Made by a program: the position numbers and the translations under genes. From Lama guanicoe (Eukaryota), in NCBI GenBank assembly GCA_013239625.1, contig MU054187.1, positions 6,087,757-6,151,756 on the forward strand: a DNA stretch of 64,000 nt. The letters run 5' to 3'. Positions within the stretch are counted from its first letter, which is position 1. Every line of letters begins with the position of its first letter. Shown piece by piece: positions 12,245 to 26,070 of the stretch. The notes under the pieces were generated by a model. That model did no database searches and had not been told where the DNA came from. It saw only the letters and a list, made by a program, of their open reading frames with translations.

Positions 12245-14065
12245 TGTGTATAACCCAACAAGACACGTTATTTGAATCGCGGGAAAATAAGATGTAACAG
12301 GAAGATCTAGAGAGAACAGTGTTTTGTCGAGTGTATAGCCACTGTCAGCTCTGTATTTCACATTTCCTTCTCTCTCACCTCTTACCAGATGGTCCTAAAC
12401 CCGTGGGCGCAGGGCATCCTTCAGCTCCGCTCGGTAGTGATGGGATGTGGGCATCCCTGCACACTGGGCCCTGCCGATGCGGTTCACTTTGGTGTTTTTG
12501 TAAGAAATCTTTGCTGTTTTCCAGCCAATTGCTGCATAACACAGTGTGCTATCTTTAGTGACGTGAGGAGGGTGCCTTGTTTTAAAGGATCAGTGATATT
12601 TCAGAAAGTAGTTGTTTAAATTTTTTTTCCCCAAAGACATTCCAGCTACAAATATAAAATGTTCACTGTTATTTGGTTTCATAGGTTAAAAGCTGTTAAC
12701 TCAGTGGATAAAATTAGTTTTTTTGTTTTCCCTGAAAAAGATTTTTCATAATTTAATACTAAATTCGGTCACCTCATTCCTGGAAAAAGAAATTTCAAAA
12801 TACTCTCTCACGTGCTTAAGGCTGTCGGCTCCGTCTTGCTGATCGGTCTCCTAGGCCACGCTTTCCTGTGCCCACAGGCACGTGCACCCGTATGGATCTC
12901 TTCATCGGATGAGGCTTGCCTTTATTCAGCCTTGAAGATGAGCAGGGGGCATCAGTTGTTACAAGATGTTACTTTAGGGTGAATTAATCCTATATGAAGA
13001 TTGATACTGTTATTTCCACATTTTATAGTAAGATTAGTGGCAGAGGGTAAACAGAACTAAATAGAAACCTTAGTGATAGTTCTCAGTTGATATTTTTCCA
13101 AAAAGGATTTGAGACACTCAGACAAAAGGATGTGTGTGTGTGCGTGTGTGTCTGTATGAATGAATGAATTAGAAACAGGAAATCGGGTTCTGAAATGGAA
13201 GCACAAGGAAATGTGCTAATTACGGCCTTGGTTGCTGGGACTGAGCGTTGAATTATATTCTGAGCTTCCTGGTGAGTGTGCAGGGCAGACGGATAATTCT
13301 CATCACCAGAAAGAAGGAAATTTTTTTTTTAAACCTCAGAGAGATTTTTTTCCCTGGTGTGAAATCCTAAGAGAAATTTTGTGTGGTGTATTTCATATGG
13401 AGGAGGTGCGTTTCTTGGGTAGTTCTACCACAAGTGTGGAAGTATTTTGGGGTTTTTGTTTGTCTCTCACCTGGTAGTTCCTTCCCTGACCCTCGGTGAT
13501 CCCCTCTGAGGATGTGAAGCGCAGGGCCGCACGGGGAAGGCTGTCTGGGGAGGGCGGCGTTGGTCTGGGCTGGGTGATGCCCCCAGAGAAGCTGCTTGGT
13601 AAAGTTAAGTGGGCTGACGATGCCTGACGGGGCGGGTTGCGTACCTTCGGCGAGCTCCCTGAGACACCTGGCCAGTTAACTGGGTCATGGGTAGGGCCTT
13701 GATAGAAGATGATTTGACGGTTCTTCAGGTCATCAGGAGTCTCAGTTTTTGTGAATATATTAAAGGCCACTGAATTAGTCACATTGAAATAGTTAATTTT
13801 GTGCTGGTGACTCTCAACTCAGTTAAAAAAAAAATCTGAAGTACAAGTTTTGTATCTTAATGGTGGAGGGCAAGAGCCCTGTTCTTTGGAAACCAGATAA
13901 GAGGATTGTAGGGGAACCCTCTGTTTTGAAAGTTAGGTTCCTACTATGTGTCTTGTCATGTGGATGAAAACTTCTCACCTTCTGGTGGCACTCGGAGCGG
14001 TCAAAATGATGTTAGATTAATCCAGAAACAAAGGTCTTCCATCAAGCAGCTTGTGGAGACTCCAG

Positions 14066-14262
14066 AGCACGTTGTCCAGGGGGCTTTCTGGGAGGATGGA
14101 GTGGTTTACGCATGTTCATTGCGGCCGCCTGTAGCCACGTGTGGTTATGAACACTTGAAACATGGCTGGTGGGACTGAGCAACTCCATTTTAAATTTTAC
14201 TAAATTTTAACATATTTAAATTTAAATAGCCATAGTTGGCTAGTGACTTGTATCTGATAGTG
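14066..14262 (+). mobile_element. MER3 (hAT-Charlie MITE)
   Basis: gttgtcca...tagccacgtgtggttatgaacacttgaaa...atttaaatttaaatagccatagttggctagtg; similar to the copy at 12050. Confidence 0.8.
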
Positions 14263-14389
14263 GGATTCCAGAGTCGTAACTGATACAGAAATGGTGTTCA
14301 GAGTTTTTTGTCCCCTAAAAGACTTTTGAAACAAAAAGGTTTTAAAGTCCTGATTTTATTTTTTAGTTTGAATAAATAACATTAAAATA

Positions 14390-15430
14390 TGTTCATCTGC
14401 ATGACCATCCTCTCACTCAACAGGCATTTGTCCCCAGGCACTGCCCCCTCTGAGATTTCTTACTGAAACTCTTTGCTGCTAAGAGACTCCTCCTTGGGAG
14501 GGGACCCTGAGCAGAAAACCCAAATAAATAAAGGGAGCCAGTTGTGTAGACATTTGGTGGAAGACAGTGTAGCCTGTGCAAAGGCCCTGAGGCAAGAGTG
14601 TGCCTGGTGTGTTTGAGGGGCAGCAGAGAAGCCAGTGTGTTTGGAGTATGGTGAGTAGGTAGGGTAGAGAGTGACAGGGGCTTTGGTAGGAAGAGTAAAA
14701 GGGGTCAGATCAAGTAGGGTATTGTGAACTGTAGTAAGGAGCTTGAATTTTACCCTGAGTGAGCTGGAAAGCTATTGAAAGGTTCTGAGCATGAGTGGCG
14801 GGATGTATTGTGCATTTCAGCAGACTCCACCTGCTCTGCTCTGTGAGGAATAGAAGAGGACAGTTGATCAGGTAGGATAGAATGGTGGCTTGGACTGGGG
14901 TGGTGGCAGTAGGAAGAGGTCACAGATTTTGAGGTGGCACTGACGGTTTCTGCTGATGGGTTGGAAATGGAATTTGTGAGATGAGAGACATCAAGGTTCT
15001 GGCCTGAGCAGTGGGAAGACCAGGAGGTACCGGTCAGGGCAGAAAACTCAAGTTTGGTTGAGACAAGTTACTTTGGGTGCTTACTGGATGCCAGTGGAGA
15101 TTTCAGGTAGGCAGTTGGATGCAGGGGTTGAGGGGAGGAGTTGGGCTGGAGGTTTGAATTCAAGAGAAGGCATGGTATAAATGGTTCATTCTGCCATCGC
15201 CTTGATGAAGTCACTTAGAGCAGGTGGCTGAGAGAGAGAAGTGGGGCTGGGGCCCTGTGCAGCCCGTCATTCTAGTGCGCTGGACCTTAGGATCCGGGAG
15301 AGTAAGTACAGTGGATGAGAAGAGTCAGGATGGGAACACCACCCCATGGCCTGTCCTGGAGCCCAGGGAGGAAGGAGTTGCCGGGAGGGAGGGGCGGGTG
15401 GTGCCAGATGCTGCGCACTCCTCCAGGCAG
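14390..15430 (-). mobile_element. L2 LINE remnant
   Basis: gtgcaaaggccctgaggcaagagtgtgcctggtgtgtttgag...gtaaggagcttgaattttaccctgagtgag...caggtaggcagttggat. Boundaries approximate. Confidence 0.8.
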
Positions 15431-16899
15431 CTGAGGGCTGATTGTTCCCAGTTTCAGTCTTAAAGGTCAGCCTTTTTCGTGCTCTTGTATGCTTCTCGCC
15501 AACATAACTTTTCAGTTGTTAAATTTTAGCAGAATTCTGAATTCGAGGTAGCAGTTCACCAAGAGGTGGTAATTGCATCACTTAGCAGCTACCGTGTACC
15601 AGGCTGTATTGGCTCCCGAGATACAAGATGAGTAAGAAACCCCCTGTAAACTCCCCAGACTTGTAATCTTAGGAGAGGAGGTACGTGGGCATGTCGGCAG
15701 GGCTTGGCGTGGCAAACACGCGGAGGTCGATTGAGTGCGGCGGGGGGGCTGGTGATAAAACAGTTGCTGTGAGTTGGTGCTGAGACCAGTATTAGGACCA
15801 AGACTCAACTGACTTTCAGTCTCTACTCCTTCCTCCAGTGGATGCCATCTTCGCACTGTAGAAAATAACCAGTCTTAGAGCTTACGAAGATATTTATGGG
15901 AGGATGTCCACTTGAAGAACAAAAATCACTGTGCTTCCCAGCACCAGCCGAAATCTTTGCATATTGCTTGTCCCACTTTCCTACCATCTGCCGTCACTAA
16001 GTAAAAAAAGAATGAATGTGTGTGTGTGTTGGGGGAGGGGGTCTGTGTTGTTACTTGAATTGGCAAGATAAGCTTTTCTTCTAAATCTCACATTTCGTCT
16101 TTACAATGAATGTGAAGTTTGCAGTCCACTCAGATATCTCTCGTTTGCTTAGTTATTTAATTATCTAACTCCCTCCTGCCCCAAACCCTTAAGCAGAAAT
16201 TCTGATGCTTAAGGAAGATGTGCATTACTTCCTTTGGGTTACTTTGAATCCCTGTTGGTCCACTTGCCACGTACTCTTGGGGAAATGCTTACACTGATGG
16301 TTTTATAAAATTTCTACTGTACAATCTTGTAATCAGAAAAATTTTTAAAGTCTCGCTGTACGTCTCAGTTGGATAAAATTAGTGAAAATCTTCAGAAGCC
16401 CTTAGCTGGTAGAATTTCTCCTAGAGATCTAGGTTTCCCTTTGGTGAGGATGGGGAGCTTCTGGCTGGGCTCATCGGACAAGGACTGAGGATGTCAGGAC
16501 CCCCTTCTCTTACCATCCAGGTGTCGTGGGAAGCGCCATTTTTGGCCCATCCTTCATCCGACTTCTGGGTCAGCCTGTCTTGTGTCTAAACGGATTCTGT
16601 GCAGGTTCTCTAGAAAAGTCCCTTCTTCAGCCACAAATGAATGAAGCCCTACCTTTGCTGCCTGCTCCCCATTCTCTCCTCCCCAGACAACAGTGGACTA
16701 ATCGTAGTTTTCCCAAGCCTTCTCACCCCAGGGCTTTTGGTCGAGAACATTCACCTGTAGTTTAGGGATCACTCGCTCTGAGCCCAGCAGTTGTGGGGTC
16801 TTGGCTGCCCCTCTGTGCCCCGCAGTGGGCTGTGCCTTCTCCGTGTTGTGATGGCCCATCATGGAGGGCAGCCCCGCACAGCTTTGAGGAGCGTGGCCT

Positions 16900-17120
16900 C
16901 GGGGTCCTGGTTCTGTCACTTTGTTGTGATGACCTTGGGTGAATTGCATAGCTTTTCTGGGCCTCAGTTTTCTTACCTCTGCAGTGGGAATCACACCAGT
17001 CCCTGCCTAATAGTGTGATTAGGAGGACTAAGTGAGAGAATACACGTGGTGTGCTTAGAACTGTGTGTGGTGCACAGTGTATTGTCTGTAAAGGACTCCT
17101 GCTGTTCATGCCTCATTATT
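16900..17120 (+). mobile_element. MIR SINE
   Basis: tgaccttgggtgaattgcatagcttttctgggcctcagttttcttacctctgcagtggga...gtgcttagaactgtg. Confidence 0.8.
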
Positions 17121-17512
17121 ATGTTACTACTGTGCCTGAGACACAGTTTTGCTAAAATACTCTGTCGCCCCCCACTGTGTGCTGCGTTGAGTGAGGTGAG
17201 GCTTCCTGTCCGTCCCGTCATCTTCTGTGTGGTGGCCCCTGTGCTGGGCACGTACATTCCTCAGGTGTTCATCCAGCCTGTGTTACACCATGAAGAGGTG
17301 TCGGGGAGAGGAGGTGGTCTGGGAGGGTGGGGAGAGTGATAGCGAGGGTCGTCCTGCCAGAAGAGGTGTCTCCCGGACTGAACTGTACCTGATGGGTGGG
17401 AGCCAGCCAGATCTGAGGGTCATAGGGCAGCAACCTGGAGGACTCTGGGTGGGGGCAGGTGAAGACCAGACAGCAAGGGGGAGGCCAACAAAGAAACTGA
17501 GCACAGGTATGG

Positions 17513-17765
17513 AAAATTGTCTAGTCACCATGTTAAAAAGCAAAAAGAAACAGTGAAATTTATTTTAACATATTTAATGTAATATATCCAAAATATTGTT
17601 TCAGCATGTCATAATTGAATATCCTTTCAACAAGCAGTATTTAACACAAAAACATCAACAAGATAGTTCACATTTTTTTCCCCTAAGTCTTTGAGATGTG
17701 GTGTGGGTTGTATGTGGAGCGGCTCTCAGTTCAGACCGGCCACACTTCCAGTGCCCCGGAGCCTG
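17513..17765 (+). mobile_element. MER33 partial
   Basis: aaaaagaaacagtgaaatttattttaa...aatatatccaaaatatt...ctaagtctttgagat...ggccacacttccagtgc. Confidence 0.75.
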
Positions 17766-19178
17766 GCAGGGCGCAGGGGCCGGGGGGGGAATTGAGGAGG
17801 TGGACCTGGACCACGGCATCGCTTACCAGGTGGGTGAGTGGTGACCTCAGATAGCTGGAAGAAATCAGGAAAAAGAGCAGGTGTTTTGGTGTGTTTGTGG
17901 TCAGCAGTGGAGGGCAGGAGGTCAGATGGTGAGTTAAGTTCCGGGGTTTGAGCTTGGGCTGGGCCGTGGGTTACGGAGCCTCGTCTAGGGCTTCATGGCC
18001 TGGGGGCCTGTCCATCCCCAGCCGACCCCTGACTCAGGCACCTGTCTTTGGCTCCAGGGCTCTCTTCTTGGGCTTCAGTGGGAGAGGGATGACCCCCCAC
18101 CCCATGCCCTGGATGGACGGGCTGTGGTCAGAGCCAGAAAGAGAAGCATACGTGTGTCAGAATTTGCAAACGTGCCTTAACCTTCCATCTAAAGCAACTG
18201 AAGTGTCCCACAGTTCAACATTATTAGAATTTTAAGGTTTTTTTAAAAAAAACTTCCACACAGGAAAATTATAAGCCATTTATTATTATTATTTTTAATT
18301 ATAAGCCATTTTAGATAGAAATACATGATCAGTGTAGTTCAGCAATTACTGGAGAATGTCTGTACCTTTTAGTTTTGGAGGTCAAATTCTGAGAGCTCTT
18401 GTCTAGGTCTCTTTCCTGGGAGCACGTTTGTTGGGAATGGGATGAGTGATGGTAATCCATGCATAGCAGAGGGACCACACAGCATTTGCGCCTGTCGAGT
18501 CCTCTTTAAGGATGTTTAGAGATGAGGTGAGAACCTCATCCTTCCATACACCCATCCACTCATCCATTCTTCCTTCACTCACTCAGTTCACGGCATTGTT
18601 GAGCGTGTATGATGTGCCGGCCACTGTGAGGATGTGGAGGTACAAAAAGAAGCTTTTCTCCCCTTGAAAAAAAAATCCCAGTTATACAGTGATATAACCG
18701 CAACGAAAAGAGAGAAATGCAGACTTGTCTGGGAGTTGAAATTGCAGCTTAATTACTTGTCGGGCCGGCAGGAAAGGTGCTACTTGAGGCAGGGGAAGAG
18801 GAGTGATGGAGGAGACACTTGTGCAGACACACGGCCGAACATGGTCCTTTCACAGGACAGGAGATGTTTCAGCATGGCTGTGGACCAGTCAGTAAAATGT
18901 GAGCTCATTTACGTGTGCCCTTACTGGTTCCACCCTCTGGGCACCTTGGGGACACAGCTACAGCAGGGTGCAAGTGAACAAGGCCGCAGGAGCACGCACG
19001 TGTGGTCAGGACAGAGGCCGGAGGTGTGAGGTCTGTGTTAACATTCGAAGTGGGCTTGGGGAGATTTTGATATTCCATCAATAAATACTAGGCCTGCGTA
19101 TGTATCAGTCCCCGTGTTAGGTGTCGGACAGGTACACAGACACACACATTTCTGTACGTGTATGTATCCTCCTGTAAA

Positions 19179-19415
19179 CAGCTGACCCATGAGCAGCCAG
19201 GGCGCCAGGGGCACCCATCTTCTGCATGGTGGAAAATCTGAGTATAATGTGTATTGGTCCACTGGGTGTGCATGGTTCCTCTGGATCCACGGGTCTGCAT
19301 CTTCAGATTCAACCTACCTCGGGTCGTGTCGTACCATAATATTTACTGTTGGAAAAAAAAAAAACCTTGTATAAATGGACCCGGACAGTTCAAATCTGTG
19401 TTCAAAGGTTACCTG
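19179..19415. mobile_element. Tigger2-type (TcMar) non-autonomous element
   Basis: Degenerate TIRs cagctgacccatgagca / tgttcaaaggttacctg; internal gtataaatggacccggacagttcaaa. Confidence 0.75.
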
Positions 19416-19489
19416 TGTCTGTATGCCCCTGTGTATATAAAAGCAGTCTTTCAGAGGCTCATAGTCCAGAGGGCTAGAAGCATCTAATA

Positions 19490-21420
19490 GGAAATAGCCA
19501 AGCAATGTGATAAATGTTACTTAGCCTTGTGAGAGTATTTGACTCTAGCTGGAGAGATCAAGGAAGGCCTCAGGAGGAGGTGACGTTTTGGTTGAGTTTT
19601 GCAGATGGAGTAGGATTTAACTGGGAGGAGGGAGTCCGAATGGGATTCCAGGCAGGAGGAGTGACTCGTACACAGGCAGTAAGTTGGGAAAGAGCGAAAT
19701 GTCCTCATGTGACTGAGGCCGTCCACCTGCGGGGCCAGCATGTGTGGTGGAGAGGAGCAGACACGAGGTGGGAGGGCAGCCACGCCGAGTGCCTGGGTTT
19801 AAGTGTAGTTGATGGGGAGTCACTGATAAGTACACAAAAGCAGCAGAGGTGGGGGGCATTTTAGGGTTGTCTCTTTGCTGCGGTACAGAAAGTACAATGA
19901 TGAAGGCGAGCCCTGTGGGAGGAAGACAGACCTGGACTGGAGAACGTGGGCAGGGGAGAGACAGGTCTTAAGCGCCAGTGCGACAGGGCCAGTGAGAGTG
20001 AGGGAGGGCAGGGGTGGGTGACCAGGAATCACAGTGACTTTAACCAAGGTGGGAATGCAAGGTTGTTGGCGGAGGAGAATGACTGCGGTTTTTGGCATCC
20101 CAATCTTGAGGTGCCGGTGACACACCTGGTCTCGGTTCGCCGAACATCTGGGTCTGTGAGAGTCCTTCATGTGGACATGGCCTCCTGGGGGACACAGAGG
20201 GGAGAAGAGAGTCAAGAAATGGCTGGTGAGGGAAGAATGTCAGAGACAAGGTACAGAGGGAGTAATTTTTGAGGTAGGAAAGAGGTTTTCCCCTTCCACT
20301 TTGATTTTTGAAAAGTTTTAAATCTACAGAAAATTTGCAGAAACAATGCAATGAACACTTGTTTATCCTTTACCTAAAATCACCAGTTGTTAACATTTTG
20401 TCATATGTGCTTTACTCTCTTGCTGCCTAAGCCCTTGTGAAGGAAACAAACTATGGAGGAATTTGAGAGAAGAGTTCTGAGGACAGAGGCGGCCTGTGCA
20501 AAGGCCCTGAGGTAGAGGGGCTTTTGCCCTTTGTTGTTGTTTCACAATAAGCAAGGGACTAACGTGGTGTGAGTGGAAGAGAGCGGGAGTGGGGGTTGTA
20601 GGAGATGAGGTTAGGGAGGTAGCAGGTGTCCGTTTCATTTGAGGCCTTGTAGGCTAAGGGGAGGAATTTAGATTTTACTGTGAATGAAACAAGAAGGTTC
20701 TAGAGGTTTTGGATTGAGATGTGACATGATCTGATTTACACTTTTAAAGGATCACTCAGACAGCGTAGCGAATAGACCTTGAAGGAGGGCAAGGCTAGAG
20801 ACTGGGGTCAGTTATAGAGGCTGTGGCGGGAGTCCGGGTAAGGTCTGGTGGTGCTTGGACAGGGCGGTGTGGGAGAGGTCATTAGCGGGTATTTCCTGTC
20901 TTTGTTAAAGTCAGATCCGACAGGATTTACATATTGGATTGAAAAAGGTACATGAGGCTAAGTGGAGGGTCAGGGGTGACTCCACGTTTTTGGCTTTGCT
21001 GCTGGTGGAGTAACTATGGAGTTGGAGTTTGGTAGAGAAATCAAGAATTTGTTTTAGAATTCATTGAGTGAGAGATGCCTGCATCCAGGTGGCTTTGTCT
21101 GTTAGACAGTTGTGCAGGGGAGTATAGAATTCAGGGGAGCCGCCTGGGCTCGAGAAGGAGCTTGGGGAATCATGGGCCTATGGATGGGTGGGGGTCAGAG
21201 CAGTGGCACCTGCTGAGGGAGGAAGCACAGAGCTGCGATCCAGGCATGAAGCCTGGGAGCACCTCAGAAGTGGCAGGTCAAGGAGGTGATAGGAAGCCAG
21301 TGCAGAAAGGCAGGAGGAGGGAGGTCGCGAAGAAGCCACACCTGCTGATGGGTCAGGAGCAGAGAGGGAGGGGCCGCTCTGCTGGACCGCTGTGTGGTTC
21401 CTCAGAGCGCTACCTATTAG
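19490..21420 (-). mobile_element. Cluster of L2 remnants (at least two fragments)
   Basis: caaggaaggcctcaggaggaggtgacgttt...; gtgcaaaggccctgagg...gtgacatgatctgatttacacttttaaaggatcactc. Boundaries approximate. Confidence 0.75.
20295..20420 (-). mobile_element. L1ME-type 3' terminal fragment inside L2 remnants
   Basis: tttgaaaagttttaaatctacagaaaatttgcag...aatgaacac...caccagttgttaacattttg. Confidence 0.6.
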
Positions 21421-24400
21421 GAGGAAGGCAGCAAATATCGCCACTCTTCTGAGGATCTGGCTCAAAAGGGGAATAAAGACAGGTGACGAGAGCTGGGGGA
21501 GGATGTGGGGTCGGGAAGGGCTTGATGACTGAGAACCTGAGTGGGGTGGAGGGTGTCGGAGGCGGAGGGAAGTGTGGAAAGGGAGGCAGGAGTCAGGGAG
21601 GAGGGAAGCCTGGAGGCTTTCGACGCTGAAGTTGTCTGTGAGGCCGACTGCGTGTACATGGCCGTTTTGAAGAGTGTCGCTCTAGGGCTGTCTGAGTGGG
21701 GCCCGCCGGTGTCGCCCGGCTCTCGGGTGGTGAGCATCCGTGCGCCCCTGCCGCCCGCCCTCAGCTGTGCCGTGAGGGGTCCCTGTCCCTGCCTCCCTGA
21801 AGTCACCACTGCCTCCCTCTGAAGGTCTCAGCAGACCTTCCCTGGGTAGAAGACGTCCCTTGTGTGCACACCTTCTCGAGGTCCTGGGGCTCCTGGGAAT
21901 GTCGCCTGCTTCTGTCCTTCCTGCCTCACCTTTCTTCCTTCCCTTCCCTGTCACCTCCCCGTGGTTTATTTGGTGTGGATCCATGACTTCAGAGAATCAC
22001 AAACCTGAATGAATTTTTCTACCTAAGTATCATTATTCGGTGCCTGCTGAGATGTTTAGTAAATATTATGACACGCTGTATTGAGCAGAAACTAAACTTA
22101 CTGGGAGAAAACCTTAGTAGATGTTAGTTAGATGTCTAAATAAGATTATGAATTATTGCAATGCACTTCTGAAAGTTTTCCTTTTTATCAGTGGGAAAAG
22201 TAGATTGTGTTTTTATTTGTATTTCTAATTCTGGTGCATCTCATTTAATTTTGCACTTTCTATTGTAGGTTTAAAAATCAGTTTTATTTATTTTTTGTGT
22301 TTATCTCAGAAACTCCCTTGATACTTCCCTCTGGAATTATCTTCTTGTTCCATTTTGCTTTATAAATGCTCATTTCTTTTTAGACATGTGGGGTAGTTGT
22401 GTTTAAGCAGGGCTGAAGCGAGGTTTTAACAGTAGAGAATATCAGACTATAGTGTGTCAGAATTTGAAGTCTTCCAGGCCAGCTCAACTGCGTCTTCATC
22501 TTAGAGACAGGCAGTGGAGGCATCTTGAGACAGTTGTCTTTGCACTTGATTGTTAAAGCCCCCCCCCCCGAAAATGTGCAGACCCTAACCTCATAGTGAA
22601 TCCTCCAGGCCATCCTCCTGTTCCTGCTTCAGGTAACTTATCACAGAGGTGCTGCCAGTACAGAGAGAGGGATGCACCTAGGTGAGCCCCTGGCACACCC
22701 TGTCTAATGCGGGTGTCCTGGGTTGGGACGCAGACTCACATCAGCCCCCGGGGGCCGCCACTGCCTTCAGGCCACTCCGTGTGCCCCCATTTCTGTTAGC
22801 TGGGTCCTTCCTGGTCCAGGGTAAATCCTTTCTGCGTGCTGTTTCCTGTTTGCCAGCTCTCCCTGGGGACGATGATGGTAGCAAACACAAACACTTGTGA
22901 GATTGTCCCAAGATAATTCCTATTTGTATTTTTGAATTTACTATCATAGAAGCAAAGCAAAAGAGAAAATCTTTAGGGTTCTTGAATTAGAGAAGTGGTT
23001 AGTGTTAGATGATTATTAAGTTTTACAACTACAGAGCTGTTATCCCAAGACTTTTGAATAATAACAATGTTAAACTATCACGAAAAAAGCCCCACTCCTT
23101 TGTTCGCCGATGTTCATACATAAGTATTGCTCAAACACACCATCTCATCATGAACAGAGATATTCTGATTCATTCCCCTAAATTATGTTTTAAAAGAGAA
23201 TATCAGAATATAAACATTTATATTTTAGGCATAAATGATATTTTTGTCAGAAGCCATCTGAAATTGTGCTTTTTCCAAAAAAGTGATGAATTTTTAAATA
23301 TAAACAAGTTAAAAAATGGGAACAAATTACTCAAATACAAATCGTTACATAATAGCATCTTTGCAGCATTTTCAGATGGTTCAGATATTTCCAAATAGAC
23401 CCAAGCGCCTGAGGACTGTGGAGAAGGCTGCTTGGATGGACGCTGAGGTTGAGCTGCGGGGTGAGCCGCGGGGCGTGCGAGCGGGGACAGCTTAGCTGAG
23501 AGAGTACTGCTGTACCACCACCGTGTTTAAAAGTCTGTTCCTCTTTTACTCCCTCACACTGAGTTCAGGGATATAATGGATCCCATTATAGGTAAAAGGT
23601 CTGTGACTCAGCCATCGAGCTACTCAAACTGGTGGCTGTTTTAATTGCCACCATTAAAGCTTTAGTACTTTTATCTCATAAAAATGGATATCATTGATGT
23701 AAAACGTGTGCCCGTGGAAGATACATTGGTACCTCTGCCCCGGTGGTTAGCTAATCATCCACTTGTGTTTGAAGTTAGTTAGGTGTTTTGTAGACGGGAA
23801 CTTGACCTAGATCACAGATTTGTTCAGATTTAGTCATTTAATTAAGAAAAACACTCACGTAGTCATGAGGGAAATATCCAGCAAGCATACTGTCTGAAAA
23901 GAGACTTGTTTTGTTTGGGTTTGTACTTCAACCACATTTAAGTGATGGCAGGATGGTGGGTTTTCACCAAGCTCGTTCTTGAACCCAAGAGAGAACGACG
24001 TTGCTCTGATTCTAACGCTGTGACTCCAACAATTCAAGGGGAATATGCTAGTCTCACTCTTTTGTCCCTTTTAGGCACATGTGTGTAAACTAAAGTTTGG
24101 TAATTGGCAGTGTTCCTCTGTCCATCTTCTGCAAAGGGAGAATATCAAGGTGGGAAGGAAACTCCGAGAACACAGTGGGAGTCCAGTGTTAAAATGTGAA
24201 AAGCCGCTTTGTTCTGGCCTTTCCTCCAGGGTGCTCCTCGCTGACAGTCATTCATTATTCATACTGCTGTGCACAAACAGGATAAAACATCCCTGGAAGA
24301 GATCTGAAATGAGCACATCGCAAGAAAGTTTAACCTCCTAACCACTCTGCACACTCTTGTCCCTCTGCAGTGCAAACAGCAGCAAAGAACTGGTGGGGAA

Positions 24401-25499
24401 GTTCATTAAATGCTTTTCTCTTCCGCAGTTGTCATTGTGGAATTGGATTCGGTTAAGAGAAAACAAAAAAAAATTTGACTGTAAAAGGATCTCAGATCTG
24501 GAGCAGTTCTAAAACTAAAACCTACCCACGCAAAGTATTTGGGAGCTAATATACATAAGCAGGCTTCTGTTCTTGCCCAGCTGTGTAGATTCAATTATAA
24601 TAATTTTCTCAGTTGCATAACATTGCTGTTTGTTTATTACGGCGTTATTAGTCAGTGAATGAACCTCCCTCTTTCTGACCCCTCAGCAGTGTTTATAAAA
24701 TACTTAATTGCGCTGATATCTTCTGTTTCATGTGTAGTTCCAGCTGGAAGGAGTCGTGGGGACAGTCCCCTTTAAGTGTTGAACTGCCTGTTTCTAAGGT
24801 GCAGTAGACTTCATTTTAAAATAAGTATCAGAAACCTTTAATGTTGCTTGTAGTGCAGTTTCGTTTCTTTTCTTTTTCTTTTCTTTTAATTGGCACAAAG
24901 AGATTTTCTTTTAAAGTCGTCCCGTGATGGTTTCCGTGCTAGTTAACTGTCTAGCACGACGTCAGGCTCCTGCCTGTAACGGCTACACCTTTTGTTTCAT
25001 CTGGGGCCTTCCAGTCGGAGTGGGTCCCCCCGTCCGGCTCTTACCTCGCACCCAGCTCTCCTCGTCATCACAACCTCTCCTCCGTGAGGAGCCCTCAGCA
25101 GGAATGGGCGAGCTGCAGGGATCAGGTGGTGGGTGTGATGGCTGAGACGTGGGCTCTTGCAGAGAGGTTGCCTCTCAAGGTTGACTCCTGACTCTTCTTA
25201 CAACCAGCTTTTCGTGACCTTGGACGAGTGTAGTAGTCTCCTCGTGTGCCGTAGTTAAAGTGGAGATAACTTCATGAGGTGGTTGTGAGCCCGGAACAGT
25301 GCTTGGCACGGATGGGCTCAGCGTGACCTCAGCAGAGCAGAGTCACAGAGGGACAAGGGAGTCCTGCTGTGCTGTCTGTCCTTACGTGGACAGAGAAACG
25401 TCTGGCATGGAAGTGGTGGGGGTGTGTGTGTGTGTGCGTCCTGGGTGGGAGGGAAAGACGAGAAACGTCAGATCTGAGTTGCAGAGGATTGTAAGGTAC

Positions 25500-26070
25500 A
25501 CATTGTCTATTGCTGCATAATGAGTGGCCCCAGATTTTGTAGCTTGAAAAAATACGGTTTTCTTCTCCAGCTCCTATGACTCAGGGTTTGAGTTGCAGCT
25601 TCTCTGGCTCCTCTGCTCCAGGCCACAGTCAGGTGTCCGGACTGCCTTCTCATCTGGAGCCTTGACTGGGCAAGAATCAGCTTTGAACTTGGAGTCCCCT
25701 CGGATTGCGGGCACAGTACCCCGCCAGGCAGCTGTGGGATCCTGGGCTTCAGTTCTCGCCAGCTGTTGCCCGGCTGCCTTTGGCCCCTGCAGGCTGCCCG
25801 CGGCTCCTGACCTTGGTGGCCGTCCCTGTGCTTGCCTGCTCCCTTACGGCTGACCCCAGGGAGGGCCCACACCCTCCTCACCAGCCCCGAGTAAGTCGCA
25901 CCAACAGACTATAATCGCCCCCAGAGATCTCAGAACCGACTGATGTGGGCCCTTTCATCACACCTGTGAAATCCCTCCAGGTGTGCCAGGTTCTGCTGGC
26001 TGGGAGTCGCAGGTTCCCCACAGTCAGGAGGTGGAGATCACAGGGGCATCTTAGAATTCTGCCTCCTATA
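25500..26070 (-). mobile_element. MLT1 (ERVL-MaLR) solo LTR
   Basis: ctattgctgcataa...gtagcttgaaa...tctcatctggagccttgactggg...ggggcatcttagaattctgcct, characteristic of an antisense MLT1. Confidence 0.75.

Noticed and set aside
13128..13280. UG/UGAA-rich tract with a nearby strong donor (CTG|gtgagt) as a TDP-43 cryptic exon
   Set aside because: I found no convincing upstream acceptor defining an exon.
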